Origin: a virus
Lineage: Duplodnaviria > Heunggongvirae > Uroviricota > Caudoviricetes
Direction: 5' to 3' (one strand)
DNA: 64,000 nt
IMG/VR virus record: IMGVR_UViG_3300032093_014924
The position numbers and the translations under genes were made by a program. The stretch's first letter is position 1, and each line of letters opens with the position of its first letter. Shown piece by piece: positions 1 through 8,941 of this stretch. Under the pieces are notes generated by a model. The model did not search any database, was not told the origin of the DNA, and was given only the letters and a program-made list of their open reading frames with translations.

Positions 1-2264
1 ATTAGAAAAACAATATCATACATTGTTTTAATTTTATCAAATAATGCTTTTAATTTTTCTATATTATCAGGAGCAACTTTACCCAATACTTCATCGAAAG
101 TTATAAAATTAGGCATCGGTAATGTTGATACTTTTCCTAAGACACTTCTAAGAGCTAAACTTGACGCTGTTTTCTCAAACCCACTACCAGATTTTAATAA
201 TTTTGTTGTATCATCTTTATTTATTAAAAACTGAACATCATTTTTTTCATCTATATAAATTTCTACTTCAAAATCACAAACATCTTCAAGTAATCTTTGT
301 ACTTCTGAATTTATAATTGGTAATACTGAACGTAAAACCAATTTACTGATTCCTTTTTTTCCAACCAACTCAATATAGATTTTAAAAATCTTTTCAATCT
401 CTTCTTCTTTTTTAATCGTTTCAATTAATTTAGTTTTTGTTTGTATGTCGTTTTTATTGTTAGTTATATCAGAACTAACTCTTTCTATTCTTTTTATTAA
501 ATCGTCTTTCTCAACTTCTAAAACGTTTAAATCTGTCCTACTTTTAGTGATTAGAATTTCAACATTTTTATTATGTTGAATAGCATCTAAATTCAGGTTG
601 TATTTAGTCAATTCATTCTTTTTTTCAATAACCTTATTTCTTAGACCATCAATTTCAACTTCTAATCTATCTCTATCTAACTCTAATTTATTTTTTTTAT
701 CTATTTTTACTTTAACCTCATTTAATGACTCTATTTTATTAGTTAATAGTTTTAATTCTTTTTCTATAATTAATAAATTATTTTCTTTTTCTTCTATTTC
801 GTCATTATGTTTGTTAATGTGTGATGTATTATCAACATCATCTAATTTTCTATTACATGATTGGCAAATACCTCCAGCTATTAAATCTTTAACAACTTTC
901 TTTAAACGATTAATATCTGATGTGATTACAGCTTTATCTGAATTTTTTTTATTGTATTTTTTATTTAATTCATGGTATTCATCCTCATCAAAGTTTAATT
1001 CACCAATATTATCTATTTCTGTATTAATATTGGTTATTTTTTCTTTTGTTGTTTTACCTATCTTTGTTAATTCTTCTATCTTAGAATTTAATGTTTCAGG
1101 ATTTAAAGTGCTTATAGTAACATCTATCTTTTCTTTACTTGAAATATAATTTTCAATATCTCCCTTTGTTTTTTCTATTTTTACTTTTGTTTCAGTTAAT
1201 TTATCATTTAACTTTACTTCAAGTTCATTAAATTGATTTATCTTTTCATTATGTTCTTCAATCTCTGTTGTTAATGTTACTATATCATAATCATTTGATT
1301 TCTTTTTTCTTGAAAATTCATTATACATAATCCTAACAGCAGCTTCTTTCTGTTCCAATATTTCAAGACCAATTAATCTTGTTAATACTTTACCAGATTC
1401 AGTAGTTGTTAAACCAATCATATCATCAAGATTTCTTTCTGTCGCTAATACTAGCATCTCAAAATCTTTTTCAGTACCAATAGTTTCTCTTAGTTTAATT
1501 GTTGTCCTTTTGGCATCTTCTTCATTCAACATTTTTTCTTCACCATCAGGTAAAATCTCATAATAATTAACTTTACTGACAACAGTCCATTCTCCAGTCT
1601 TTTTAGCCGTTCTCTTTAACTTTCTCTCTATTATGAACTCATGCCCATCAATCTCAATCATACCCTTAACAACGACCTCATTTTTGCCACTAAAGCTATT
1701 AAAGATTTGTTCGTTCTTATCAGTTTTTGTTGTACTACCATGTAACAAAAATTTCATACTGTCAATAGTTAATGTAGTTTTTCCACCCATATTACTTGGA
1801 GAGGAATTAACAACAGTTAACCCATTTAACTTATTTATAGGAACATAATTATTCTCACCAAATGACAAGAAGTTATCAATCATTATCCATTTTATATTCC
1901 ATTTTTTATGTTGTGTTTCAGTCAAATCAACATTTATTTCAGCATTAACTTTATCATCAAGTGCTATTATTCTATTGAAGTCAACTACTTTACCATCTCT
2001 ACTTATTAATTCCTTCATTAACACTCTTTGATAGTTAATATCCATAATATTATCTATACCAGCACCATCAACTTCAATTAACTCACCATTATTATTAATT
2101 TTTACAGGTTTGTAAATAACCGTTACATTGTTTTTATTAACACCATATTTGTTAGCAAAATGGTTTTTTATTTTATTCTTAGCATCTTTAGAATAGTTTT
2201 CAGGTCTATCAGACCACTCTACTTTAATTTTAGAATATTTTGAAACTTCGTTTTTGTTAATCAT
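1..2264 (-). CDS. sbcC: SbcC/Rad50/T4 gp46-like recombination ATPase; runs off the left window edge, so it is absent from the ORF track
   Basis: Manual translation from ATG at 2264: WNIKWIMIDNFLSFG, Walker A SNMGGKTT, long coiled coil, signature SGFEKTASSLALR, Walker B FITFDEV near position 90. Adjacent to the SbcD-like gene. Confidence 0.93.
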   Translation of the reverse strand, partial: MINKNEVSKYSKIKVEWSDRPENYSKDAKNKIKNHFANKYGVNKNNVTVIYKPVKINNNGELIEVDGAGIDNIMDINYQRVLMKELISRDGKVVDFNRIIALDDKVNAEINVDLTETQHKKWNIKWIMIDNFLSFGENNYVPINKLNGLTVVNSSPSNMGGKTTLTIDSMKFLLHGSTTKTDKNEQIFNSFSGKNEVVVKGMIEIDGHEFIIERKLKRTAKKTGEWTVVSKVNYYEILPDGEEKMLNEEDAKRTTIKLRETIGTEKDFEMLVLATERNLDDMIGLTTTESGKVLTRLIGLEILEQKEAAVRIMYNEFSRKKKSNDYDIVTLTTEIEEHNEKINQFNELEVKLNDKLTETKVKIEKTKGDIENYISSKEKIDVTISTLNPETLNSKIEELTKIGKTTKEKITNINTEIDNIGELNFDEDEYHELNKKYNKKNSDKAVITSDINRLKKVVKDLIAGGICQSCNRKLDDVDNTSHINKHNDEIEEKENNLLIIEKELKLLTNKIESLNEVKVKIDKKNKLELDRDRLEVEIDGLRNKVIEKKNELTKYNLNLDAIQHNKNVEILITKSRTDLNVLEVEKDDLIKRIERVSSDITNNKNDIQTKTKLIETIKKEEEIEKIFKIYIELVGKKGISKLVLRSVLPIINSEVQRLLEDVCDFEVEIYIDEKNDVQFLINKDDTTKLLKSGSGFEKTASSLALRSVLGKVSTLPMPNFITFDEVLGKVAPDNIEKLKALFDKIKTMYDIVFL

Positions 2265-2608
2265 AACTCTCCGTATATATTTTTTTTGTTCTGTTCTAAT
2301 GATTTTATTTTTTCTGATAGCTGATTATTTTTTTCTATTTGTTCAGCTAATGTGTTTTCCAAACTATTTATTTTTTCAGTTAAAGTTGATATCTCTGAAT
2401 TATCTGTTAAATATACAATTTTTTCAACTGGTACTTCAACAATTTTTTCAACAATCTTTTCTTGTATTTTTGTTGATGGTGTTGCACCAAATTTTTCAAC
2501 AGTAAACCCTTGTTTCATCAACTTTAACATAAAGTTATCTATATTTGTTATGTCATTTAACCTACAATAATCAAATATCTCATTTTTTAAATCTTTAGGG
2601 ATTTCCAT
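2261..2608 (-). CDS. hypothetical protein (115 aa, C-terminal coiled coil)
   Basis: ORF fills the gap between sbcD and sbcC and overlaps the sbcC start by 4 nt. Confidence 0.75.
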   Translation of the reverse strand: MEIPKDLKNEIFDYCRLNDITNIDNFMLKLMKQGFTVEKFGATPSTKIQEKIVEKIVEVPVEKIVYLTDNSEISTLTEKINSLENTLAEQIEKNNQLSEKIKSLEQNKKNIYGEL

Positions 2609-2610
2609 TT

Positions 2611-3429
2611 CTAATTTAAATTTACTAAATTTTCAGAATTATTTTCTAAATCGTCAAGACTATTTATAGTGAATTTATAAAAAGAAAAAGGGTTGGCAAC
2701 ATCATGTTCAGTGTATGTTCTATTTTTAATATCCCAAAATAAAAACCCATGATTATTTATATTTTCACCAAAATCTTGTTGTATTGTACTACCAGGCATA
2801 ACTACCTTTGTGTTATTAATAGTTAAACAACTTCTTTTATGTATATCACCACACATAACAATATCACAACCATCAAAAATCTCCAACCCATATCCATGTT
2901 CAATCTCATAACCTATATCAGTTTTTAAACCATTTATAGGACCATGAAATAAACCTATATATGTTTTGTCATTACCAAACTCTTCTCTAGCAGATTCAAT
3001 ATCTGGTCTAGCGTTTTCTTCAAATATTGAATAGATGCACCAAACAATATTATTATCTAAATAACATTTACTCTCTTTAAAATAATTAATGTCTTTATCA
3101 GATAATAATTGAACAATTGGTGTTAATGAATCCATTCTGTCTTTATTATTTTCTAACATATCATGGTTCCCAGCTATCATAACAACTGTTGCTATTTCTT
3201 CTAAAGATTTAAGAAACCAAGTTGTTAATAATAATTGCTCATTTGATATTACTATCTTTTGATGTACAATATCACCAGCAACAACTATTCTAATTTCTTC
3301 TCGTTTATGACCTTCAATTACCTTTTTAATATCATTAAAGAGATTATTTAAAACGGTCTTATATTCTTCGTGATATCTATACGTTCTGATATGTATATCA
3401 CCAATGTGTATTACAAATTTTACTTCCAT
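2611..3429 (-). CDS. sbcD: SbcD/Mre11/T4 gp47-like metallophosphoesterase nuclease (catalytic domain only)
   Basis: Motifs HIGDIH, AGDIVH, AGNHD, GLFHG, GDIHK, PGS. Confidence 0.93.
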   Translation of the reverse strand: MEVKFVIHIGDIHIRTYRYHEEYKTVLNNLFNDIKKVIEGHKREEIRIVVAGDIVHQKIVISNEQLLLTTWFLKSLEEIATVVMIAGNHDMLENNKDRMDSLTPIVQLLSDKDINYFKESKCYLDNNIVWCIYSIFEENARPDIESAREEFGNDKTYIGLFHGPINGLKTDIGYEIEHGYGLEIFDGCDIVMCGDIHKRSCLTINNTKVVMPGSTIQQDFGENINNHGFLFWDIKNRTYTEHDVANPFSFYKFTINSLDDLENNSENLVNLN

Positions 3430-3433
3430 ACTA

Positions 3434-4798
3434 TTAGTAAATTAAATATAAATTCTTTTTAGCTCTTGTTACTGAAGTATATAATAATTTATTACGTTCT
3501 TCAATATCTTTTATTCTTAATACATCACAATAGATAACAATACTGTTTTCAAATGTACTGCCTTGTGATTTATGCACGGTTAAAGCATAATTATATTTAG
3601 CGTCTACATATTTTTCAGCTAATTTATAATAATTAACCCATTTTAAACGTCTACTATAACTATCTTTTGTATTCATAGCTTCCTTTTTTAAGGATTGTAA
3701 AACATTATTAAAGGATAAAAAGCTATCTTCATGTAATAGTTTTATTCTATGTGTTTCACCTTCACTAATAACTTCTAAAGAATAATATTTAAAAGGAAAC
3801 CCAACTGTTTCTGTATTGACTTCGTAAGATAAGACTTCAAATTCGTCATTATTATTCATTAATACTTTTTTACCTAAAACAATAGGTCTATTAAGAACCA
3901 TTTTTTCACCAATACATATTCTGTCGCAATTTTCACCATATATTGCTTGTCTAGCTTTATTATTATAATAATCAACAGCTGAATTAGTCCAAGCAAGTAT
4001 TTTAATATAGTTTGGATTCTTTTTAAATTCTTCACTAGTGAAATATTCATTAATGAATGAATCCTCACCACCAAGTTTTATGTAATTGACAGAACCATTT
4101 TCGTTTATTTCATCAATAAACTCTAGTTTATTACCTTCTCTAATATTTTTAGATAACTCTATTATAGGATTACCATTTTCTTGTCTAATAATATCACTAA
4201 GTGTATGTTTATTAGCTATTTTTTTAGTGAATAACACAAAGTCACCACCGTTTACTGGTGGAATCTGTTTTTCATCACCAATGAATAATAACGGTATTGA
4301 ATGACCTTTAGCTGTTTTAACTAATTTTTTATATAAATCATTGTCTAACATTGATGATTCATCAACAATTATTAATGAATAATCCTCAGCCTTTGACCCT
4401 AAAAAATCTGAAACATATGATTCACTACCATCACTATTTATTTCACGTTTAAGACCTAATAATGAATGTAATGTATAAAATTGAATACTTTCATTATCTT
4501 GGTTTAAATTATTTAATACTTTTAATACTTTAACAGCTTTATGTGTTGTTGCGGTTACTGCAACTGATGCTGTTTTATTATCGTATAAAAATTTATTTAT
4601 TATTTTACCAACCAAAAAAGTTTTACCAGTACCAGCATACCCAGTTAAAACATGTTCAGAAAAAACATCAAGTTCTATTTTACTTAATTTGTTATATATC
4701 TCAAGTTGTTTCTCAGTTAACATTGATATGTCTGGCATACCACCATTAAAAAATGGTCTCTTCTTAGCTTTTTTAATAAAGTTATTTTTCTTTGTCAT
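3434..4798 (-). CDS. SF1B DNA helicase, Dda/RecD-like
   Basis: GYAGTGKT Walker A, IIVDESSM, FIGDEKQIPPV, IIRQ, YALTVHKSQGSTF, LYTSVTRAKK. Confidence 0.93.
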   Translation of the reverse strand: MTKKNNFIKKAKKRPFFNGGMPDISMLTEKQLEIYNKLSKIELDVFSEHVLTGYAGTGKTFLVGKIINKFLYDNKTASVAVTATTHKAVKVLKVLNNLNQDNESIQFYTLHSLLGLKREINSDGSESYVSDFLGSKAEDYSLIIVDESSMLDNDLYKKLVKTAKGHSIPLLFIGDEKQIPPVNGGDFVLFTKKIANKHTLSDIIRQENGNPIIELSKNIREGNKLEFIDEINENGSVNYIKLGGEDSFINEYFTSEEFKKNPNYIKILAWTNSAVDYYNNKARQAIYGENCDRICIGEKMVLNRPIVLGKKVLMNNNDEFEVLSYEVNTETVGFPFKYYSLEVISEGETHRIKLLHEDSFLSFNNVLQSLKKEAMNTKDSYSRRLKWVNYYKLAEKYVDAKYNYALTVHKSQGSTFENSIVIYCDVLRIKDIEERNKLLYTSVTRAKKNLYLIY

Positions 4799-4804
4799 TT
4801 TAAA

Positions 4805-5590
4805 TTATATTCCGTTAATTACATTATAATGATGCATTTCTATTAATTTTTTTGCTTCGTTTTTCATATACATTATTTGTATTTTACTGAATTTTTCAGC
4901 AACTTTATCCCAATACAAAACATATATCTGTCTACATTTTCTTTTAGGGAACTCAAGTTCATACATGTATGCATAAACACTTAATTGTAATGTATAAATT
5001 GACCATTGACATGCTTGAAGATAATCGAATGGTTTTTTTAATGTCTCATACCCATAAGGATTATAGAAATTAAAAACTCTATTAGTTTTAAAATCAGCTA
5101 CATCAAAAAAAACAGAATCAATATCAATAATCAAATCTGATGTTCCAGCCAACTCATATTGTTCAGCAAAAAGAATTCTTTCTGGCCACATTGCTTCACC
5201 TTCATCTATTTTAAGCTCGTTAAAACCATCAATAACTTTTTGTTCAAATAACCCTTCGTCAGTATTTGGTGGAAAATACCATTTATTAGCTAATAAATAA
5301 TCTTCTAATATATTATGTACTTTTGTACCATATTCGTTGGCTTCATCATTAAGTTGTTGCCAATAATCTAATATCTGTTGCTGTGTCATACCAATGTAAA
5401 CTTCTTGTTTAACATTGTCTTTTTGGTTAAAAATTGCTAATGACACATCTTCAGCATTAAAATGTGGTTCTATAGAACTTAGAGTTGTTGTTACAGATTT
5501 ATACCGCTTACCAGTTTCTTTATGATAATATTTGTGTTCAATTGGTTCTAAATAAACCAAACATTTATCCCATTTTTTAATTTTTCCCAT
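4805..5590 (-). CDS. PD-(D/E)XK exonuclease (RecB/YqaJ-like)
   Basis: SVTT, GTKVH, E..LAGTSDL..DFKT, YTLQLSVY motifs. Start moved to MGKIKK (5590) because a promoter lies inside the longer ORF's 5' extension. Confidence 0.88.
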   Translation of the reverse strand: MGKIKKWDKCLVYLEPIEHKYYHKETGKRYKSVTTTLSSIEPHFNAEDVSLAIFNQKDNVKQEVYIGMTQQQILDYWQQLNDEANEYGTKVHNILEDYLLANKWYFPPNTDEGLFEQKVIDGFNELKIDEGEAMWPERILFAEQYELAGTSDLIIDIDSVFFDVADFKTNRVFNFYNPYGYETLKKPFDYLQACQWSIYTLQLSVYAYMYELEFPKRKCRQIYVLYWDKVAEKFSKIQIMYMKNEAKKLIEMHHYNVINGI

Positions 5591-5595
5591 ATTAA

Positions 5596-5627
5596 CAAAT
5601 ATACTATTAATAATCGAATTAAACAAA
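5596..5627 (-). promoter_or_regulatory. Bacteroidota sigma70-type promoter (TTTG-N20-TATATTTG)
   Basis: Minus strand TTTG (5627-5624), 20 nt, TATATTTG (5603-5596), 5 nt, ATG. Matches the -33/-7 consensus TTTG/TAnnTTTG. Confidence 0.8.
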
Positions 5628-5731
5628 AAAATGTTTTAGTTGCGTGATATTTTTATCCTAAAATATTGTTGTAATTAAATATACATCAATTAGTTATAAA
5701 GATGTATTGCGCATAACCGTTAGCACCAATA

Positions 5732-6001
5732 CTACTTTTCATCTTCGTAGATTGGTATAAAGTTTTCTGGATTATACCCAACAATTTTTCTATGTTTATT
5801 ATCCTCTATATATTTTTCTTCCTTTAAATGTTGTTCTTCAAACTCTTGGTTTAGTTTAAGTAATTCTTTTTTCATTTCTTGTGGTAAAGAATCACTATCC
5901 AACATTTCTTGTCTAATTTGTTCGTGTTTTTGGGCTAATTTAAACCCATCTTCAATCATTTTGTTAATATCTTTTTCCATAATTTTTTTCAAATCTTTCA
6001 T
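5732..6001 (-). CDS. hypothetical protein (89 aa)
   Basis: ORF with a TATTTAT motif 16 nt upstream (6018-6024); sits between primase and exonuclease. Confidence 0.7.
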   Translation of the reverse strand: MKDLKKIMEKDINKMIEDGFKLAQKHEQIRQEMLDSDSLPQEMKKELLKLNQEFEEQHLKEEKYIEDNKHRKIVGYNPENFIPIYEDEK

Positions 6002-6035
6002 TATTTTATTTTATACATAAATATATAAAAAAAAG

Positions 6036-6986
6036 TTAAATCTCAAATTCAGATAATTTAGTAGCGGTCATTAATAATTTTACAATACCTTTATTACCTA
6101 ATAATTCATATATTTTACTTGGGTCATATTCGTCAGGACATTTTACTATCTTAATCCTACCATATAAATCACCAAAATTTAATTTTCGGTATATTTCTTT
6201 CGCATCATTATATGCGTCACCATCAAAAACTACAATAATATCACCACAAGCCTTATCATGTAACAAGTGTAACAAATTGTCAGATACATGTTTACCTAAT
6301 AAAGGAACTGAATTTGGAACTACTATGTGGTCAAAAACACCTTCAACCAAATATATATTTGAATCAAAATTCAATTTGGCTTCATTGAATATTATTTCAC
6401 TTTTCTCTGCGTCTGGATTTAAATATTTTAATTTAGTGTAGTTATTATGATACCATCTACCTATAAAATAATTTACATTATTAAATTGGTTATATGATGG
6501 TATAATAATACGATTTTTGTAATTTCCTTCTGTCGCATAACCAATATTATATTTCTCAATGATTTCTTCAGTTATGCCTCGTTTTTTTAAGTATTTTATT
6601 GCGATATTATAATCAATATCTTTTTTAACAACACCTGAAAGTTTTTTGTATTCTTTTGGTAATGAAACTGTTATCTTTTTTTCTTTATCTTCAACGTCAT
6701 TAAATTCAAAATTTAAAAAACTAAATTCATCTAATAATCGTCTATTACCATATCTTTTTATTAAAGTAGGTATTTTACCATGCATATTGTTGGTGTCTTG
6801 ACAGGCCCAACATTTAAATACACCAAATTTGTAATTTATTTCTAAATTACCTTTACCATCACCGTTATCAAGTCCTTTATCTTCCGAACAAGCAGGGCAA
6901 TCAAAAGATATTTGGTGATTATCTTCGTTATGTTTTCTATAATCACCTAAAAATTTTTCAAGTATGTTGATTAGATATTCATTCAC
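6036..6986 (-). CDS. DNA primase (T4 gp61/DnaG-like)
   Basis: Zn finger CPAC...CWAC, RIIIP, KYLNP, TOPRIM LVEGVFD and FDGD. Confidence 0.93.
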   Translation of the reverse strand: MNEYLINILEKFLGDYRKHNEDNHQISFDCPACSEDKGLDNGDGKGNLEINYKFGVFKCWACQDTNNMHGKIPTLIKRYGNRRLLDEFSFLNFEFNDVEDKEKKITVSLPKEYKKLSGVVKKDIDYNIAIKYLKKRGITEEIIEKYNIGYATEGNYKNRIIIPSYNQFNNVNYFIGRWYHNNYTKLKYLNPDAEKSEIIFNEAKLNFDSNIYLVEGVFDHIVVPNSVPLLGKHVSDNLLHLLHDKACGDIIVVFDGDAYNDAKEIYRKLNFGDLYGRIKIVKCPDEYDPSKIYELLGNKGIVKLLMTATKLSEFEI

Positions 6987-6991
6987 AAAAA

Positions 6992-6999
6992 CAAATATA
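6992..6999 (-). promoter_or_regulatory. Bacteroidota -7 promoter element TATATTTG
   Basis: TATATTTG 5 nt before the primase GTG start; no clear -33 element. Confidence 0.6.
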
Positions 7000-7008
7000 C
7001 TAATTTTA

Positions 7009-7650
7009 TCACCAAATTCCCATTTTTTTCATGTAGCCTATACAAGCACAGTATGCATCACTAACATCAAAATTCTCTTTTTTAAGTTTGTTGTTTTTAT
7101 CTAAAAACCATTTTATCTGTGGTTCTAATTCACATACTTTTTCAAATATAACCATTTTTTTATCTACGTTGTAGTCATACGCACCAAATAAAACTGGTTC
7201 ATTTTTAGCTATTTGTTTTTCAGTCAATGGTGTACCATCTTTTTTAAATTTTCTAATACCCATAAGTTCTGGAAAACCAAATTTTCTAGCATCATAAGAC
7301 GAAATGAAATCTGGTACAATCCCTAAAACATCAAAAACAGATTTAGATATCATCCCATTAAATCTTAATAATGTTGCAATAGTATATACGTTATTAGATT
7401 GTAATAATGGTTCTTCAATGATAACTCTAGTTATACCAAAATCTTTATATTTGATTAAAAATTCTTCATTAAACACCTCAACTTTTTTAAACAATTCCTC
7501 CATTTTATTTGTCGGTTTTGGTTTAATATTAGGTGTCACATGATGTAATAATTTAAGTTCTCCACTGTTACCATTATCTTGAAATAATGCAATACCGATA
7601 GTACTTGTACTTACATCTAACGATAAAATGAATTTTGGTTTGTTATCCAT
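7009..7650 (-). CDS. RuvC-like (RNase H fold) Holliday junction resolvase
   Basis: ILSLDVSTSTIGIA, VIIEEP and C-terminal DVSDAYC acidic triad pattern. Confidence 0.75.
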   Translation of the reverse strand: MDNKPKFILSLDVSTSTIGIALFQDNGNSGELKLLHHVTPNIKPKPTNKMEELFKKVEVFNEEFLIKYKDFGITRVIIEEPLLQSNNVYTIATLLRFNGMISKSVFDVLGIVPDFISSYDARKFGFPELMGIRKFKKDGTPLTEKQIAKNEPVLFGAYDYNVDKKMVIFEKVCELEPQIKWFLDKNNKLKKENFDVSDAYCACIGYMKKMGIW

Positions 7651-7706
7651 AATAATTAATATACTTTAATTATTATGTTAATTAAAAAATAACAAAAATA
7701 AAGACT

Positions 7707-8909
7707 TTATAGATTAATTTTTATATTAAATGCTAAGAATTCATTAACATTTTTTGTTACATGTCTATCAGTCTTTGCAATCGCAATGATATTACCAACA
7801 TTGTCATACAATAACACCTCACTTATTCTTGGTGTATCACTTGATTTAAATGTAGGATTTGTTGACGTTCCAAATTCACCTCTACCAGCAATACATGTGA
7901 TATTTTGAAATACTGTTGTTGAAACACTATTAAATGTTACTGATACACCTGTTGATGTTCCAGTATTATAATTATTTACTATTGTTGGGTCAGTTATAAC
8001 TAAAAATCCTTTATCTAAATAAGCAACACCAACAATAGTATCCGCACTTAAACCTAAATTAGGGTTATCTTGAATGTTAAATAATTTTTTATTTGCTAAT
8101 GTAAATGGTTTTACTTGACCAAAACCTGTTGCCCAACTTAAAGTTGCATCACCACCGTTTGGTTTTTTAATCGTGTCAGAAAATAAAAAAGCTATATTAT
8201 TACCTATTTTTGTTGATACTACAGATGTTTCAATATAGTTAGCATCTTCAACATTTAGTGATGTACTTTTATTTTGGAATGTGCTATAAATAGTATAAGT
8301 ACCAGCTGATGTAGGTAATTCTAATTTTATTTGTTTACCATCTAATAATTCACCATAGTTTGAATTGTTTATACCTAACACAACTATGTTTGTTTGTGCT
8401 AAACCACTGTATGCTGTATCAGAAAAACCACCATTTGCAAATGTTGTGCCAGTAAAATTAGCGTCTTGTGTTTGATTTAATGGTAAACCAAATGAATAAA
8501 ATAAATTAACTAATGGGTCTGTTGTGTAGTTATTTCTATTTATAACATTTTGTGAAATGTTATTACCAGTAATAGTTACTTGTCCATTAGACTTAATCTC
8601 ATTAATAATAGTTGTAGATTGTGATTCTACAGGCTTTATTAATGACCCACTTGGATTAGCAATCAAAAAACTCCTTATAGGCGGATTAGTTGTTGTACTA
8701 TTACTAATTGAACCATTTGTACCAACATTACCAGAATCAGCTGGTATTTGTCCTGTTTCCAATAATACAGGTACGTTATAATTAGCATCTGAATCACCAA
8801 AACTAAATGATGTTATTAGTGAGTTATTATTAGATATTAATTTTGACCTGCCTATTGGTGTTAATTTAGCAGTTAATGTTGTTGTTGTTGCGGTACTATT
8901 GAATCCCAT
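7707..8909 (-). CDS. virion structural protein, tail-collar/fibre-attachment-like; paralog of 8942-11083
   Basis: N-term KLTPIGRSKL..FSFGDSDANY and C-term RISEVLLYDNVGNIIAIAK resemble phage tail-collar (DUF3751-like) ends; T/N/S-rich. Confidence 0.6.
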   Translation of the reverse strand: MGFNSTATTTTLTAKLTPIGRSKLISNNNSLITSFSFGDSDANYNVPVLLETGQIPADSGNVGTNGSISNSTTTNPPIRSFLIANPSGSLIKPVESQSTTIINEIKSNGQVTITGNNISQNVINRNNYTTDPLVNLFYSFGLPLNQTQDANFTGTTFANGGFSDTAYSGLAQTNIVVLGINNSNYGELLDGKQIKLELPTSAGTYTIYSTFQNKSTSLNVEDANYIETSVVSTKIGNNIAFLFSDTIKKPNGGDATLSWATGFGQVKPFTLANKKLFNIQDNPNLGLSADTIVGVAYLDKGFLVITDPTIVNNYNTGTSTGVSVTFNSVSTTVFQNITCIAGRGEFGTSTNPTFKSSDTPRISEVLLYDNVGNIIAIAKTDRHVTKNVNEFLAFNIKINL

Positions 8910-8941
8910 TTTTTATTTTATTTTATTTATTTTTTTATTTT

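Noticed and set aside
5684-5731. TGCTAAC-G-GTTATGC plus a small hairpin after the 5732 ORF, resembling a collapsed integron attC site
   Set aside because: Single copy, cores not complementary, no L boxes and no integrase in the window; too weak to call.
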